Shown one piece after another: positions 37,783 to 47,443 of a stretch of 64,000 nt of DNA. Numbering within the stretch: the first letter of the stretch is position 1; each line of letters begins with the position of its first letter. This DNA is from a virus (Duplodnaviria > Caudoviricetes). Below the pieces are notes generated by a model. That model was given only the letters and a program-made list of their open reading frames with translations, made no database searches and was not told where the DNA came from. The position numbers and the translations under genes are program-made. The DNA lies in the IMG/VR virus record IMGVR_UViG_3300032007_000054, positions 26,167-90,166 of that record; one strand, written 5' to 3'.

Positions 37783-38028
37783 ATGAAAGAAAAAATAGAA
37801 AAGTTCTTTGCAAAATTAGTCGGATATATAGCCTGTGTATGGCTGATCATCTGGATTATTCCGTTGATCATCTGCGGGTTCATGATTGATATTTTGCTGG
37901 CTTTCTTTGGATTGGAAAGCGAATATATGTGTGTGAAAAACTTCGGCCTGTGGTTAAGGAAGGTCGGAGAAGGTTTAAAACTTTCAAAAAATAATAACAA
38001 TCAGGAGATCAAAGAAGAAAATGAGTGA
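37783..38028 (+). CDS. Small membrane protein
   Basis: Long hydrophobic segment. Confidence 0.6.
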   Translation: MKEKIEKFFAKLVGYIACVWLIIWIIPLIICGFMIDILLAFFGLESEYMCVKNFGLWLRKVGEGLKLSKNNNNQEIKEENE

Positions 38029-38647
38029 AATGAGATTTGTACGTAATGGTCGTGGTAAAGAACAGTTGGTAATTGAAGATGCAGTCCTTCGTTTTAACAA
38101 CTTTGAAGGAAGACAAACAGATTTTAATGCTCTCGGTAACCGAAATATTGATGTAATTCTTCCGGATAATAAAATGGCGGTTGAGATGGGCGAAAATGGG
38201 TGGAATGTAAAGATCCGCAAGCCGCGTGATCCGGAAGATGATCCGTATTATACATTGAATATTAAAATCAATTTGGACAGTCGTTGGCCACCGCGGATTT
38301 TCCAGCATAATAAACGAGAAACTATCGAACTCACATCACTTGATTATTGGAAAAAAGTACTTCACGACGAATGCAAAACAGAAGAAGAGTTTACTCGTCG
38401 TTATCCAACATTCGGTGATCTTGAGAAAGCTGCTCATGAAGAAATGCTTAATGCTATATCAAGTTTGGATAATTTGTCTCTTGAAAACATTTGCATGGTT
38501 GTAAATGGATCAGCATGGGATTCTCAATTTGGTCATGGTATTAAAGCTTATTTGGATGAATTTCATTTTCGTCCAGCACCTTCATTGTTTGGTAAATACT
38601 ATGACAATGAAGAACCTGAACTGGAGACTGAAGATATTCCGTTTTAA
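38021..38647 (+). CDS. ssb: Phage single-stranded DNA-binding protein
   Basis: FNNFEG..GNRN..NGWNVK..KAYL; acidic tail ETEDIPF; next to polymerase. Confidence 0.7.
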   Translation: MSEMRFVRNGRGKEQLVIEDAVLRFNNFEGRQTDFNALGNRNIDVILPDNKMAVEMGENGWNVKIRKPRDPEDDPYYTLNIKINLDSRWPPRIFQHNKRETIELTSLDYWKKVLHDECKTEEEFTRRYPTFGDLEKAAHEEMLNAISSLDNLSLENICMVVNGSAWDSQFGHGIKAYLDEFHFRPAPSLFGKYYDNEEPELETEDIPF

Positions 38648-38658
38648 TTAGACAACAG

Positions 38659-38698
38659 CAGTGAGGAGCAGGATTGATATTCTGTTCCTCACTTTTTG
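38659..38698 (+). terminator. Intrinsic terminator
   Basis: AGTGAGGAGCAGGA-ttgata-TTCTGTTCCTCACT followed by T-run. Confidence 0.7.
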
Positions 38699-38706
38699 AG
38701 GTTAAG

Positions 38707-38859
38707 ATGATCATTTTATCGGTATTGCTGCTTTTAAGCGTTATGGATCTGATCCTTTGGAAACTTTTCGGAAAGATCCTGATCGGTATCCTTGCCGGCC
38801 TGTTTATGGCAAATATCGTTACTGTTATCACACTGCTTATTGTTTGTCTGCTGGCATGA
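38707..38859 (+). CDS. Small membrane protein
   Basis: Two hydrophobic segments; ATGA overlap. Confidence 0.5.
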   Translation: MIILSVLLLLSVMDLILWKLFGKILIGILAGLFMANIVTVITLLIVCLLA

Positions 38860-39248
38860 GAACAATAGAAGCTGTCAGACTCGAAGCTGAATTATATGTA
38901 TTATGGAAGGAATTAGAAAAAATGGCTAAGAAACTTGAAGGTATTGCACTCGCAAATGATATTATGCTGAAGGAACTCGCTGTATTCATGGCTGCGAAGA
39001 AGTTTTATGGAAAAGAAGTATCTGCCGAAGAGCAGAAAAAGAAAGCTGCATTTGATATTTCCAAGCGCGGAAAGCTTTATAAAATGCTGGCCGCTGAAGG
39101 GATCGTCACAAAGTATGATCTTGCACTGAATGTTGCTCCGGCAAATCTCAACACCGCCACATTCGGCGATTATGCCAAGATCGTTCAGCAGTATCGTGCT
39201 CAGGTAATCAAAAAGTCTTTTCAGCATCGTAAGGACGAATGTAAATGA
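38856..39248 (+). CDS. Hypothetical protein
   Basis: Start uncertain (38856 or 38922). Confidence 0.6.
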   Translation: MRTIEAVRLEAELYVLWKELEKMAKKLEGIALANDIMLKELAVFMAAKKFYGKEVSAEEQKKKAAFDISKRGKLYKMLAAEGIVTKYDLALNVAPANLNTATFGDYAKIVQQYRAQVIKKSFQHRKDECK

Positions 39249-39949
39249 TTGATATTCAAAGCGTACATATCTATGGATGGCAGGAAGCGATCCACGGTAT
39301 GCGGAATAGCTGGAACTCATGGGAAAAATCTGACAGTGTCTTTGATGATGAAGGAAATGTTACGCTCGGATTTAATGACTACGGACTGATGTATAAATTG
39401 ACAACTGCTCATCCATCTCATGCGAAATTTCGCAGAATGATCACGGTGTACTGCAACATAACGGCTCCACTTTATTGGTGGAAAGAGTTTGATACATATA
39501 AAGTAGGAACAGTCAGTAATTCCATGAGCACTATGCATACGATCATGAAAAAAGAATTCGAGCCGGATGACTTCAGTCACGAACATCTTCTGAAAATAAA
39601 TAATAATGCCCTGGCTGCCATCAGAGTCAGCGGAGAAAAATGCTATTACTCTCCGGATGGTTTCCTGAAGATGACCTGTGAAATGCTGAACACTTTTCGG
39701 AGTTTATATTTGACAGAAAAAGATCCCGAACTGAAAAAGGAATACTGGTGGCAGATCATTCAGCTGCTGCCGTCTTCTTTCAACCAGACCCGGACGGTGT
39801 TGCTGAATTATGAAGTTTTGAGCAACATTTATGAAAACCGCAAAGATCATCGTCTGGACGAATGGAAAAAGTTCTGTAACTGGATCTGGAATCTGCCTTA
39901 TCCCCTATTGATCACCGGAGAACAACAGGTAGGCTGTCGTGCAGGATAA
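39245..39949 (+). CDS. ThyX-fold-like protein lacking the canonical RHR motif
   Basis: GWQEAIHGMRN..HAKFRRMI.V..ITAPLYWWKEFDTYKVGTV.NS.STMH..LP..NY..L..Y..RK.HRL.EW; located among nucleotide metabolism genes. Confidence 0.5.
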   Translation: MIDIQSVHIYGWQEAIHGMRNSWNSWEKSDSVFDDEGNVTLGFNDYGLMYKLTTAHPSHAKFRRMITVYCNITAPLYWWKEFDTYKVGTVSNSMSTMHTIMKKEFEPDDFSHEHLLKINNNALAAIRVSGEKCYYSPDGFLKMTCEMLNTFRSLYLTEKDPELKKEYWWQIIQLLPSSFNQTRTVLLNYEVLSNIYENRKDHRLDEWKKFCNWIWNLPYPLLITGEQQVGCRAG

Positions 39950-40154
39950 GAAGCCTTATCTTGATATTACTCACGGATGTCTTTATTGCAAATACTTCAA
40001 AATGCCCAGAAAAAACGGAAAAGCTTTTACCGGATACTGCATCGCGAATGAGATCCATGTCCGATACTATGATATTTGCAGTAAATACGTGGATAACACT
40101 ACGAAAGGAAACAAAGATGACTCAGTTTTACAAGGTAAGCAGGAAACAGTTTGA
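39939..40154 (+). CDS. Small Cys-rich protein
   Basis: CLYCKYF..YC..C..Y. Confidence 0.5.
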   Translation: MQDKKPYLDITHGCLYCKYFKMPRKNGKAFTGYCIANEIHVRYYDICSKYVDNTTKGNKDDSVLQGKQETV

Positions 40155-40620
40155 AAAAGACTGTGAATTGATATTTCATTACCCGTTTCATCCTGACTAT
40201 GAAGCTATAAAGCATCCGATCCGTTCAACACGTTTCAGCGCCGGCTATGATATTTTCGCTCCATATAACTTTGTTATGCATCCGGGAGATACAATGACTG
40301 TTCCTACCGGATTCAAGATCGAAATGAATCCCCACCAGTTTCTGATGATCGTTCCGCGATCCGGATTGGGATTCAAATATCAGCTTTGTTTATGCAATAC
40401 GGTTGGGATCATTGATGCCGATTACTATGATAATCCTTCGAATGAAGGGCACATCATGGTGAAAGTTGTGAATCGGGGAGATTCAACAATTCAGATCGAA
40501 GCCGGGCAGGCCTTTTGCCAGGGAATCATTATGTCTTATGATACATGTGACGATGATAATGTCTTGTTTGCACGAAAAGGCGGACTCGGCTCGACGGACA
40601 ATAAAGAGGTATCTGTATGA
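40117..40620 (+). CDS. dut: Trimeric dUTPase
   Basis: RSTRFSAGYDI, VPRSGLG, GIIDADYY, QGI, RKGGLGST. Confidence 0.92.
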   Translation: MTQFYKVSRKQFEKDCELIFHYPFHPDYEAIKHPIRSTRFSAGYDIFAPYNFVMHPGDTMTVPTGFKIEMNPHQFLMIVPRSGLGFKYQLCLCNTVGIIDADYYDNPSNEGHIMVKVVNRGDSTIQIEAGQAFCQGIIMSYDTCDDDNVLFARKGGLGSTDNKEVSV

Positions 40621-40871
40621 TTTTATATTCTACCGGATGCCCGCTTTGTAAAACACTTGAAATGAAGTTAAACCAGGCGGGCGTTTCTTATACAAAAATC
40701 GATGATGTAGATGAAATGGAAAAGCTTGGTTTTCAATCGGTACCGGTACTCTACGCCAAAGGCAAGTATATGAACTTCCATGATGCAACACAGTTCATCA
40801 ATGCCATGATGAAAGGCCTGGTTTTACCGGAGGAGGAGAACCTGAATGAAGATCAACATCAAGCTGGATGA
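40617..40871 (+). CDS. nrdH: Glutaredoxin-like protein
   Basis: YSTGCPLC..SVPVL; adjacent to RNR. Confidence 0.8.
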   Translation: MILYSTGCPLCKTLEMKLNQAGVSYTKIDDVDEMEKLGFQSVPVLYAKGKYMNFHDATQFINAMMKGLVLPEEENLNEDQHQAG

Positions 40872-42768
40872 AGATTTTTCCTATGAATTAAGTAAATTAA
40901 AACGAACATACGGTGAAGATCTGGCTGCGCTGAACGGACTTTCGGACAGCCAGCTGGATTACACCGATTTTATTGATAATTTTATCGACACCGAGACTGT
41001 TGCGGACGCTTCTGTTGACGCAAATGCTAATGTCTCCAATAAGTCGATCGTAACACTGTTGAATGAAATGGCGAAGCCTCATCAGAAGCTTCTTGCGTTC
41101 AATAAGATATTTTATGAAATGAAAAAGAAATACGGCCTGGAAACCGCGAAGGAATGGCTGCAATCCGAATGGTCCGGTGAACTTTATATGCATGATGCGC
41201 ATCATGCAAGTTATCTGCATTACTGCTGGGCATCCAGCCTGCAGGATCTGGCAGAAAAAGGGCTGTACTTCATTGATAATTTCAATGCCGAACCGCCGAA
41301 GCATCTTGGCACCTTTGTGGATTTTGTGAAGGAATTTATATCCTTCTGCGCAAATTCGTCCAGCGGTGCTGTCGGCCTTCCGGATCTGATAGTTTATATG
41401 TACTACTTCTGGGACCGTGATGTCAAGAAAGATTATTATACGGAAACTCCGGAGAAGTACGCCAAACAGCAGATCCAACGTCTGATCTACGCATTGAACC
41501 AACCGTTCCTGCGCGGAAACATCCAGTCTGCATTCACCAATACTTCGATCTTTGATCACCCCTATCTTGAAGCCCTGTTCGGTGGAATGATATTCCCGGA
41601 TGGAGCAATGATGATCGACGAGATCGAAGAGATCTGCAGTTTCCAAAAGCTCTTCATGAATACCATGCATGAGATCCGGGAAAAGAACATGATGACTTAT
41701 CCGGTGAATACGATCAGCCTTCTGAAAGATAAAGAAGGTAATTTTGTCGATGAAGATTTCGCAAAATGGGCCTGCGAACAGAACATGAAATGGTGCGACA
41801 GCAACTTCTTCATTGATGATTCTGTCACATCACTCAGTTCCTGCTGCCGGCTGTCAAATAATGTGAAAGATCTTTATATGAACTCGATAGGCGGAACGGC
41901 ACTGAAAGTCGGATCTGAAAAGGTCTGTACGATCAACCTGGCAAGGATCGCTTATGAATCTGAAGACCGCAATAATGATAAGATGTTCTTCTTTGATATT
42001 TTGAACGAACGGGTCCTGCTCTGCCTGAAAGCATTGGATACAGTCCGTCACATCATTGAACGGAACATCGAAAAAGGCCTGATGAAGAACTTTGATAAAG
42101 GCATCGTGGAAATGGACAAATTATATTCTACGATCGGTATCATCGGGATCTATGAAACGCTGGATAAGTTTGGCTATGTTCGTAAGGACGACTTCGGCTA
42201 TACGACCTATACCGAAGAAGGATTGATATTTGCCGAAGAGATCCTAAAAAGGATCCATCAGATCAAAGACGAGTTCAAAAAAGATCATAACTATATGATC
42301 AACATCGAAGCCGTTCCCGCGGAATCCGCTGCAGCAAAGCTGATGAAGAAGGATAAGATATTCTATCCGAATGAAAAGTATGAGCTGCCGCTTTATGCAA
42401 ATCAATGGATCCCGCTGGCTGTACGGACATCGATCGAGAATAAGATCAAGATCAGTGCAAGGATCGATGAAGCCTGTACCGGTGGTTCGATCTGCCACAT
42501 CAATCTTGATGCGCCTTTCCATTCATTTGATATTGCATGGGATCTGCTGCGTGAACTGGCGAAGTCCGGTGTTAAGTACTTCGCTTTCTGCACCAGGATC
42601 AGCGCCTGTGAGCACAACCATGCATTTTACGGTGAGATCTGCCCGGTTTGCGGCGGACCTAAAGTAACGACCTATCAGCGTATCGTGGGCTTTCTTACGC
42701 CGGTAAGGACCTGGTCTGAGCCTCGTAAGGAAGAGTTCTATATGAGGGATTGGATGAAAGTTGAGTAG
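40846..42768 (+). CDS. nrdD: Anaerobic (class III) ribonucleotide reductase
   Basis: YMHD, SSCCRL, AVPAESAA, CPVCG, glycyl-radical motif YQRIVGFL. Confidence 0.92.
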   Translation: MKINIKLDEDFSYELSKLKRTYGEDLAALNGLSDSQLDYTDFIDNFIDTETVADASVDANANVSNKSIVTLLNEMAKPHQKLLAFNKIFYEMKKKYGLETAKEWLQSEWSGELYMHDAHHASYLHYCWASSLQDLAEKGLYFIDNFNAEPPKHLGTFVDFVKEFISFCANSSSGAVGLPDLIVYMYYFWDRDVKKDYYTETPEKYAKQQIQRLIYALNQPFLRGNIQSAFTNTSIFDHPYLEALFGGMIFPDGAMMIDEIEEICSFQKLFMNTMHEIREKNMMTYPVNTISLLKDKEGNFVDEDFAKWACEQNMKWCDSNFFIDDSVTSLSSCCRLSNNVKDLYMNSIGGTALKVGSEKVCTINLARIAYESEDRNNDKMFFFDILNERVLLCLKALDTVRHIIERNIEKGLMKNFDKGIVEMDKLYSTIGIIGIYETLDKFGYVRKDDFGYTTYTEEGLIFAEEILKRIHQIKDEFKKDHNYMINIEAVPAESAAAKLMKKDKIFYPNEKYELPLYANQWIPLAVRTSIENKIKISARIDEACTGGSICHINLDAPFHSFDIAWDLLRELAKSGVKYFAFCTRISACEHNHAFYGEICPVCGGPKVTTYQRIVGFLTPVRTWSEPRKEEFYMRDWMKVE

Positions 42769-42970
42769 TTTTATATTGCACTTTAAGTATTGGGATGGAT
42801 ATTCCCGCGATTACGGCATGCAGTTTGAGGATGGCATCCCTGATGATGCGGCATTTAATTTTATTGAAGAGTTTTTATCAGCAAACGGTTTTGTCAAAAT
42901 GACTAATGGCCGATGGGCAGATAAAAACCTTACTGTTGTGACAGTTACTATAAAAAAGAAACTTGTATGA
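42761..42970 (+). CDS. Hypothetical protein
   Basis: Fills nrdD-nrdG gap with overlaps at both ends. Confidence 0.5.
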   Translation: MSSFILHFKYWDGYSRDYGMQFEDGIPDDAAFNFIEEFLSANGFVKMTNGRWADKNLTVVTVTIKKKLV

Positions 42971-43512
42971 AATTAAATAACCTGATCGAAGAAGATTTTG
43001 TAAACTATGAAAAGCCGGGGTTATTCCTCGGCTTTCCTTATTGTACTGGAAAGTGCAATCCAAAAGACGATCTGCCGATCTGCCAGAATCAGCGTCTGCA
43101 CTGTGCAAAACTGATTGATATTTCAATTCCCGAGATCCTGCATCGATTTGAAACAAATCCGATCTCAGAAGCACTGATCTGCGGAGGGCTTGAGCCGTTT
43201 GACAGCTTTGCCGATTTACTCAGCCTTTGTATCGCTTTCCGGAAAAAGTATAAGATCCGGCCTTATCCGATCATCATCTATACCGGATACTATCCACATG
43301 AAATAAAAGAACAGCTCTGTGCACTGAAAAATATCGAAAATGTCATTGTCAAGTTCGGACGTTATATTCCTGGGCATCAGCCGCATCTTGATCCTTATCT
43401 GGGTGTTGATCTGGCTTCTGATAATCAATATGCCATTCCGCTTGATATTCTCTGGCAGGGAATAGATCTGTTTGACTACCTTGGGTGTAAGTACGAAGAA
43501 AAGAAGGATTGA
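42967..43512 (+). CDS. nrdG: RNR activating radical SAM enzyme
   Basis: C.GKC...CQN, GGLEPF, IYTGY, KFGRY, LAS.NQY. Confidence 0.85.
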   Translation: MKLNNLIEEDFVNYEKPGLFLGFPYCTGKCNPKDDLPICQNQRLHCAKLIDISIPEILHRFETNPISEALICGGLEPFDSFADLLSLCIAFRKKYKIRPYPIIIYTGYYPHEIKEQLCALKNIENVIVKFGRYIPGHQPHLDPYLGVDLASDNQYAIPLDILWQGIDLFDYLGCKYEEKKD

Positions 43513-43517
43513 TATTT

Positions 43518-43952
43518 ATGGCAAAAGCTCCTCGATGGACTGTCTGTGACTTACTGGCTCCTCCGGAAGTTCTAAAAAAGTATGTGACAAAAAACAAAGA
43601 GGAGCTGAATGCTGAAAACATGTCTGACTGGACTCCGTATATCTTTGACTTTAATAAGATCGAAAAGAGTCCGAAGCCGACAAAAAGAACTGCAAATGAC
43701 TGCTGGAATATCCGGCATTGGGGAACCAGGCAGAACGCTGAAAAATCAGGATATATTCCCGGAAGCGATTCTGTTTCATTCTGGTGCAATTCAAAATGCC
43801 CGGACCTGGCAATCAAAAAGATATTTGCAGAAAATCCGGGTGTGCTGATCCGCTTTTACTGGTTCAATGAAAATGACGAGAAAGAGCATTACTATATCCG
43901 GATGAAAAACGGAAAGACAAAAATCAAAAACGGAGAAGGAGTTCTGAAGTAA
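43518..43952 (+). CDS. Hypothetical protein
   Basis: W.IRHWGT motif. Confidence 0.6.
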   Translation: MAKAPRWTVCDLLAPPEVLKKYVTKNKEELNAENMSDWTPYIFDFNKIEKSPKPTKRTANDCWNIRHWGTRQNAEKSGYIPGSDSVSFWCNSKCPDLAIKKIFAENPGVLIRFYWFNENDEKEHYYIRMKNGKTKIKNGEGVLK

Positions 43953-43953
43953 A

Positions 43954-45135
43954 TTGATCGAACTATACGACTACCAGGCAGATGCTGTCAGGCGGATGAA
44001 AAACGGCTGCATCCTCTGCGGAGGAGTCGGCAGCGGAAAATCCAGAACAGCACTTGCCTATTACTTTATTACTTACGGCGGAGATCTGAATAAGCCTAAA
44101 AAGCTGAAAGGAGCTCCGCCTCTTTATATTATTACGACCGCCCGGAAACGGGATACACAGGAATGGGAAAAGGAATTGGAGCCGTTTGATATTCATGCGG
44201 AGGCGATCGATTCCTGGAACAACATCAAAAAATACAAGGACGTTGAAGATGCATTCTTTATATTTGACGAGCAGCGAGTCGTTGGCTATGGTACATGGGC
44301 CAAGTCCTTCATTAAGATCGCAAAACATAACCGAAACCGATGGGTTCTCCTCTCTGCTACCCCTGGTGATACATGGTCCGACTACATCCCAGTGTTCATT
44401 GCCAATGGTTTTTATCGAAATAAAGCCGAATTTACAAGACGGCACATCATATGGAGTCATTTCTCGAAGTTTCCAAAGATCGACAAGTATGTAAGCCAGG
44501 GCGAACTGAATAAGCACCGCCGTGATATTTTGGTGACGATGGATTTTCATCGTGAAGCCGAGCAGCATCATCAGGATGTATGGTGTGAGTATGACATGGG
44601 TGAGTATAAGAACATGCTCCGCAAGCGCTGGGATATTTACAAGGAAGAACCGATGGAGAATGCGGCAGCACTTTGTTACTGCTTGCGAAGACTCGTAAAT
44701 ACGGACTGCAGCCGTCAATGGAAGATCCTTGATATTGTAGCTTCTCATCCGAAGGCTATTATATTTTACAACTTCGATTACGAACTTGCCATGCTGCAGC
44801 ATTTGGATTATGGGCCAGACGTTAAGATCGCTGAATGGAACGGCCATAAACATGAGCCGATCCCGATCAGTGAAAAGTGGGTCTATCTGGTGCAGTATAC
44901 AGCCGGATGCGAAGGATGGAACTGCACAGAGACGGACACTATTATATTCTTTAGCCAGAACTATTCGTATAAAGTCATGCTGCAGGCGTCCGGACGAATC
45001 GACCGACTTAATACGCCTTACAAACATCTTTACTACTATCACTTAAAGTCCCACAGCAGCATCGATATGGCGATCCTGAAAGCGCTGAAAGCGAAGAAGA
45101 ACTTCAATGAGAAGAGCTTTGCAGAATCGGCATAG
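43954..45135 (+). CDS. SF2 (SNF2-like) helicase
   Basis: LYDYQ, GGVGSGKS, FDEQ, LLSATPG, EGWN, QASGRIDR. Confidence 0.9.
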   Translation: MIELYDYQADAVRRMKNGCILCGGVGSGKSRTALAYYFITYGGDLNKPKKLKGAPPLYIITTARKRDTQEWEKELEPFDIHAEAIDSWNNIKKYKDVEDAFFIFDEQRVVGYGTWAKSFIKIAKHNRNRWVLLSATPGDTWSDYIPVFIANGFYRNKAEFTRRHIIWSHFSKFPKIDKYVSQGELNKHRRDILVTMDFHREAEQHHQDVWCEYDMGEYKNMLRKRWDIYKEEPMENAAALCYCLRRLVNTDCSRQWKILDIVASHPKAIIFYNFDYELAMLQHLDYGPDVKIAEWNGHKHEPIPISEKWVYLVQYTAGCEGWNCTETDTIIFFSQNYSYKVMLQASGRIDRLNTPYKHLYYYHLKSHSSIDMAILKALKAKKNFNEKSFAESA

Positions 45136-45180
45136 AACATAATCACTATAATTTCATGTCCTCTAATGGAGGAAAATAAA

Positions 45181-45282
45181 ATGAAAAAGATATTTGGTTT
45201 TATTGGAGGATTATTGTTTACTATAGCCTTTGTCTGGGCTATGTGCGAATGCGCCGGGATACTTCCCGGAATACTATTTTGA
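45181..45282 (+). CDS. 33-aa hydrophobic peptide in its own cassette
   Basis: Motif ~45153, GGAGG RBS, MKKIFGFIGGLLFTIAFVWAMCECAGILPGILF, hairpin GAGGG/CCCTC. Confidence 0.6.
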   Translation: MKKIFGFIGGLLFTIAFVWAMCECAGILPGILF

Positions 45283-45378
45283 GGGTTCTTACCCTCTTTA
45301 TTTTCTCCCAAGATTTGCATGTTCTATAACGGAGGAGACAAGGATGATCTTCTCTTAGTTGTTAGTAGAAAGGAAAAA

Positions 45379-45627
45379 ATGGAAGAAGTAATGTATATTA
45401 TGTTTATTGTCGCTTGTGTGACGTTTGTTGTTAAAACAATTTATGAATGGGTCGATCAGGCCCGTTACAAACACGAAAGGGAAATTCGTGAAGCTGAAAA
45501 TATAGCGGGATGTAAAGCTCGCTGGCAGGCGCGGCTGGAAGCGCTGGAAAAAGTCCAGAAAGATAATGAAGAAAGATCAAGAATTAATGAAACCCTGCAT
45601 GGGTTTGGTGATATTTTAGATCGATAA
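45379..45627 (+). CDS. Membrane-anchored cassette protein
   Basis: Head-repeat variant at 45307-45360; terminator at 45634. Confidence 0.7.
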   Translation: MEEVMYIMFIVACVTFVVKTIYEWVDQARYKHEREIREAENIAGCKARWQARLEALEKVQKDNEERSRINETLHGFGDILDR

Positions 45628-45673
45628 AAATTTAAGCCCGCAAGGGCTTTTCTTTTTTAACGAAGGGAAACAA

Positions 45674-45976
45674 ATGGAAAACAAGTTTAATCCTGTAAAG
45701 TTTGCAGCGTCTGTTATTGTTTTCGGGATCATCGGCGGTGTTACGGCTTTGATCAACGGCATTCAGAAAAAACAACAGGAAAAGAAATTCGGCTGGATGT
45801 CTGCCTGGAAAGTAGATCCGGATGACCTTCCTGCCGGGTCCAATATCTACCTGGATGTGGATAAGCAGAAACTGCTTGATTATGATACTGGTGAGATCCT
45901 GGAAGATTTTTCTCAGTATGAAGACCCGAAGAAAGCGATGACAGAGTTCATGAACCTGATGTGGAGTTTTAAATGA
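45674..45976 (+). CDS. Membrane-anchored hypothetical protein
   Basis: N-terminal TM. Confidence 0.65.
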   Translation: MENKFNPVKFAASVIVFGIIGGVTALINGIQKKQQEKKFGWMSAWKVDPDDLPAGSNIYLDVDKQKLLDYDTGEILEDFSQYEDPKKAMTEFMNLMWSFK

Positions 45977-46260
45977 CAGAACTTGGAAAAGTATTAAAAG
46001 GTTTAAAGTGTTGTAAAGGGCTGAACGGTGAGCAGCCTGTTCCTTTTACAAGCAATCGAAAATGTACGGAATGCCCTTATATGGAAGTCCCTGCTCTTCT
46101 TACCGGAGAACTGCCCAGATACTATTGTCATCATACAAACCTGATGCAGGATACGATTGATATTTTGACCGGGTATGTAAAAGCCAACATCCATCAGGAG
46201 AAGCGGCTTAAAGATCAGCAGAACTGGTTCGATTCATGGAGCGACTGCAATTACTTATGA
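45973..46260 (+). CDS. Cys-rich hypothetical protein
   Basis: KGLKCC..CTECPY..C. Confidence 0.65.
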   Translation: MTELGKVLKGLKCCKGLNGEQPVPFTSNRKCTECPYMEVPALLTGELPRYYCHHTNLMQDTIDILTGYVKANIHQEKRLKDQQNWFDSWSDCNYL

Positions 46261-46469
46261 AAAAGATTACAAATCAAGTTGCTTATAAATGCGAAGTATG
46301 CGGACGTATTTATGATGAAGAAGAAAAAGCGCATAAATGCGAAGATTCACATGTTCTGCAATTACCAATGGCAAAAATGATTGATACCGATCTTCCGGGT
46401 ACATATCCGCAGTTCATTACTATGAAATTCTTTGATGGTAAATTGTTGATTTATAGGATTCTTGAATGA
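46257..46469 (+). CDS. Small zinc-finger-like protein
   Basis: YKCEVCGRIY..A.KCE..H. Confidence 0.65.
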   Translation: MKKITNQVAYKCEVCGRIYDEEEKAHKCEDSHVLQLPMAKMIDTDLPGTYPQFITMKFFDGKLLIYRILE

Positions 46470-46702
46470 AAAAAGTATATATTGTGTTAAAGGAACAAAA
46501 TTTTGAAAACAATGCTGAAGTCGTGATCGACAAAGTTTTCAAAGCAAGGCATTATGCCGATGAATACATCGCATCGCAGATCGAGCAGGATCCCAAAATG
46601 AGGGACCGCTATTATATTATCGGCCGAAAAGTAGAGCCTGAAAAGTTCTTTATCGGGCGGCATAATCTGGAAGAAAAAATGGACGGTTCTATTCTAGATT
46701 AG
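46466..46702 (+). CDS. Hypothetical protein
   Basis: MKKVYIV..VIDKVF pattern. Confidence 0.6.
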   Translation: MKKVYIVLKEQNFENNAEVVIDKVFKARHYADEYIASQIEQDPKMRDRYYIIGRKVEPEKFFIGRHNLEEKMDGSILD

Positions 46703-46777
46703 ATATTTCTATTCTAGGTTAGATCTGCGAGGACCTTAAAGAAAGCAATCGCAATTAAAACATAGCCTTTAATAGAA

Positions 46778-46890
46778 AGGATAGTAAAGTCTCGTAAGGA
46801 CGCTCGGTGGGTTTGCACCCTGATCGAGAGGACTCGTATTAGTGCAAAGGATACGATGACGAAAGAAGGAATTACGAATTTACTTATCCT
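46778..46890 (+). ncRNA. Candidate structured RNA with loop-loop complementarity
   Basis: Promoter motif at 46749; long closing stem; two hairpins carrying complementary TTTGCAC and GTGCAAA; no ORF. Confidence 0.55.
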
Positions 46891-46972
46891 GAAGCTTTTT
46901 CATTTCGTGTAATTTACATGGCCTCTAATGAAAGAGTACGTTGTAAGCGGCTCTAAATTATTAGGAGGAAAA

Positions 46973-47143
46973 ATGGAAAAGAAAATTGATTTATCAATGT
47001 ACCCGAAAGGGTCTGTTGTAAAAATGAACGCAAAAGGCGTTCAGTATGTCGAAATCCCGTACGATCCAAAGTACGAGGAAAAATTTAAAGGGGCTTCGTC
47101 CCCGAAAGACATCTGGACTAGAGTCCAGTTACGCACTTATTAG
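46973..47143 (+). CDS. Small cassette protein
   Basis: Motif 46904, AGGAGG RBS, terminator 47152. Confidence 0.7.
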   Translation: MEKKIDLSMYPKGSVVKMNAKGVQYVEIPYDPKYEEKFKGASSPKDIWTRVQLRTY

Positions 47144-47207
47144 TGCAAAATGAGCCCGCATGGGCTCTTTATTTTTACATCTCCTTTTACGAGAAAGGAG
47201 GACCATT

Positions 47208-47381
47208 ATGGTCATTTATATCGTAAAAGATTTGTATAACATTATCGGCTTATACGCCGATGAAGAAAAAGCCTGCAATAAGGCGTTCGAAACAAACAAA
47301 TTTCGGAATTCACCGGATGGTGAAGATCTATTAGAAAAGTTTGGCCTGGCCTTTGTGTATCAAAGACCGGTCGTTGAATAA
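47208..47381 (+). CDS. Small cassette protein
   Basis: Degenerate motif 47173, AAGGAGG RBS, terminator 47381. Confidence 0.7.
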   Translation: MVIYIVKDLYNIIGLYADEEKACNKAFETNKFRNSPDGEDLLEKFGLAFVYQRPVVE

Positions 47382-47443
47382 GCCCGCAAGGGCTCTTGTT
47401 TTTTGGTATACTTGGTGAATAGTGAAGGAGGCAAGAATGACTC

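Noticed and set aside
33795-42768. Inteins or introns in the replicase or nrdD
   Set aside because: No splice-junction or homing endonuclease motifs; motif spacing is compact
43963-45042. Long antisense ORFs (also 40897-41670, 31262-32053, 36897-37490)
   Set aside because: Shadow frames of well-supported plus-strand genes, with no motifs or RBS
46687-46725. 20-bp-period tandem duplication TTCTATTCTAG(A/G)TTAGAT
   Set aside because: Only two copies at a gene end; most simply a slippage duplication
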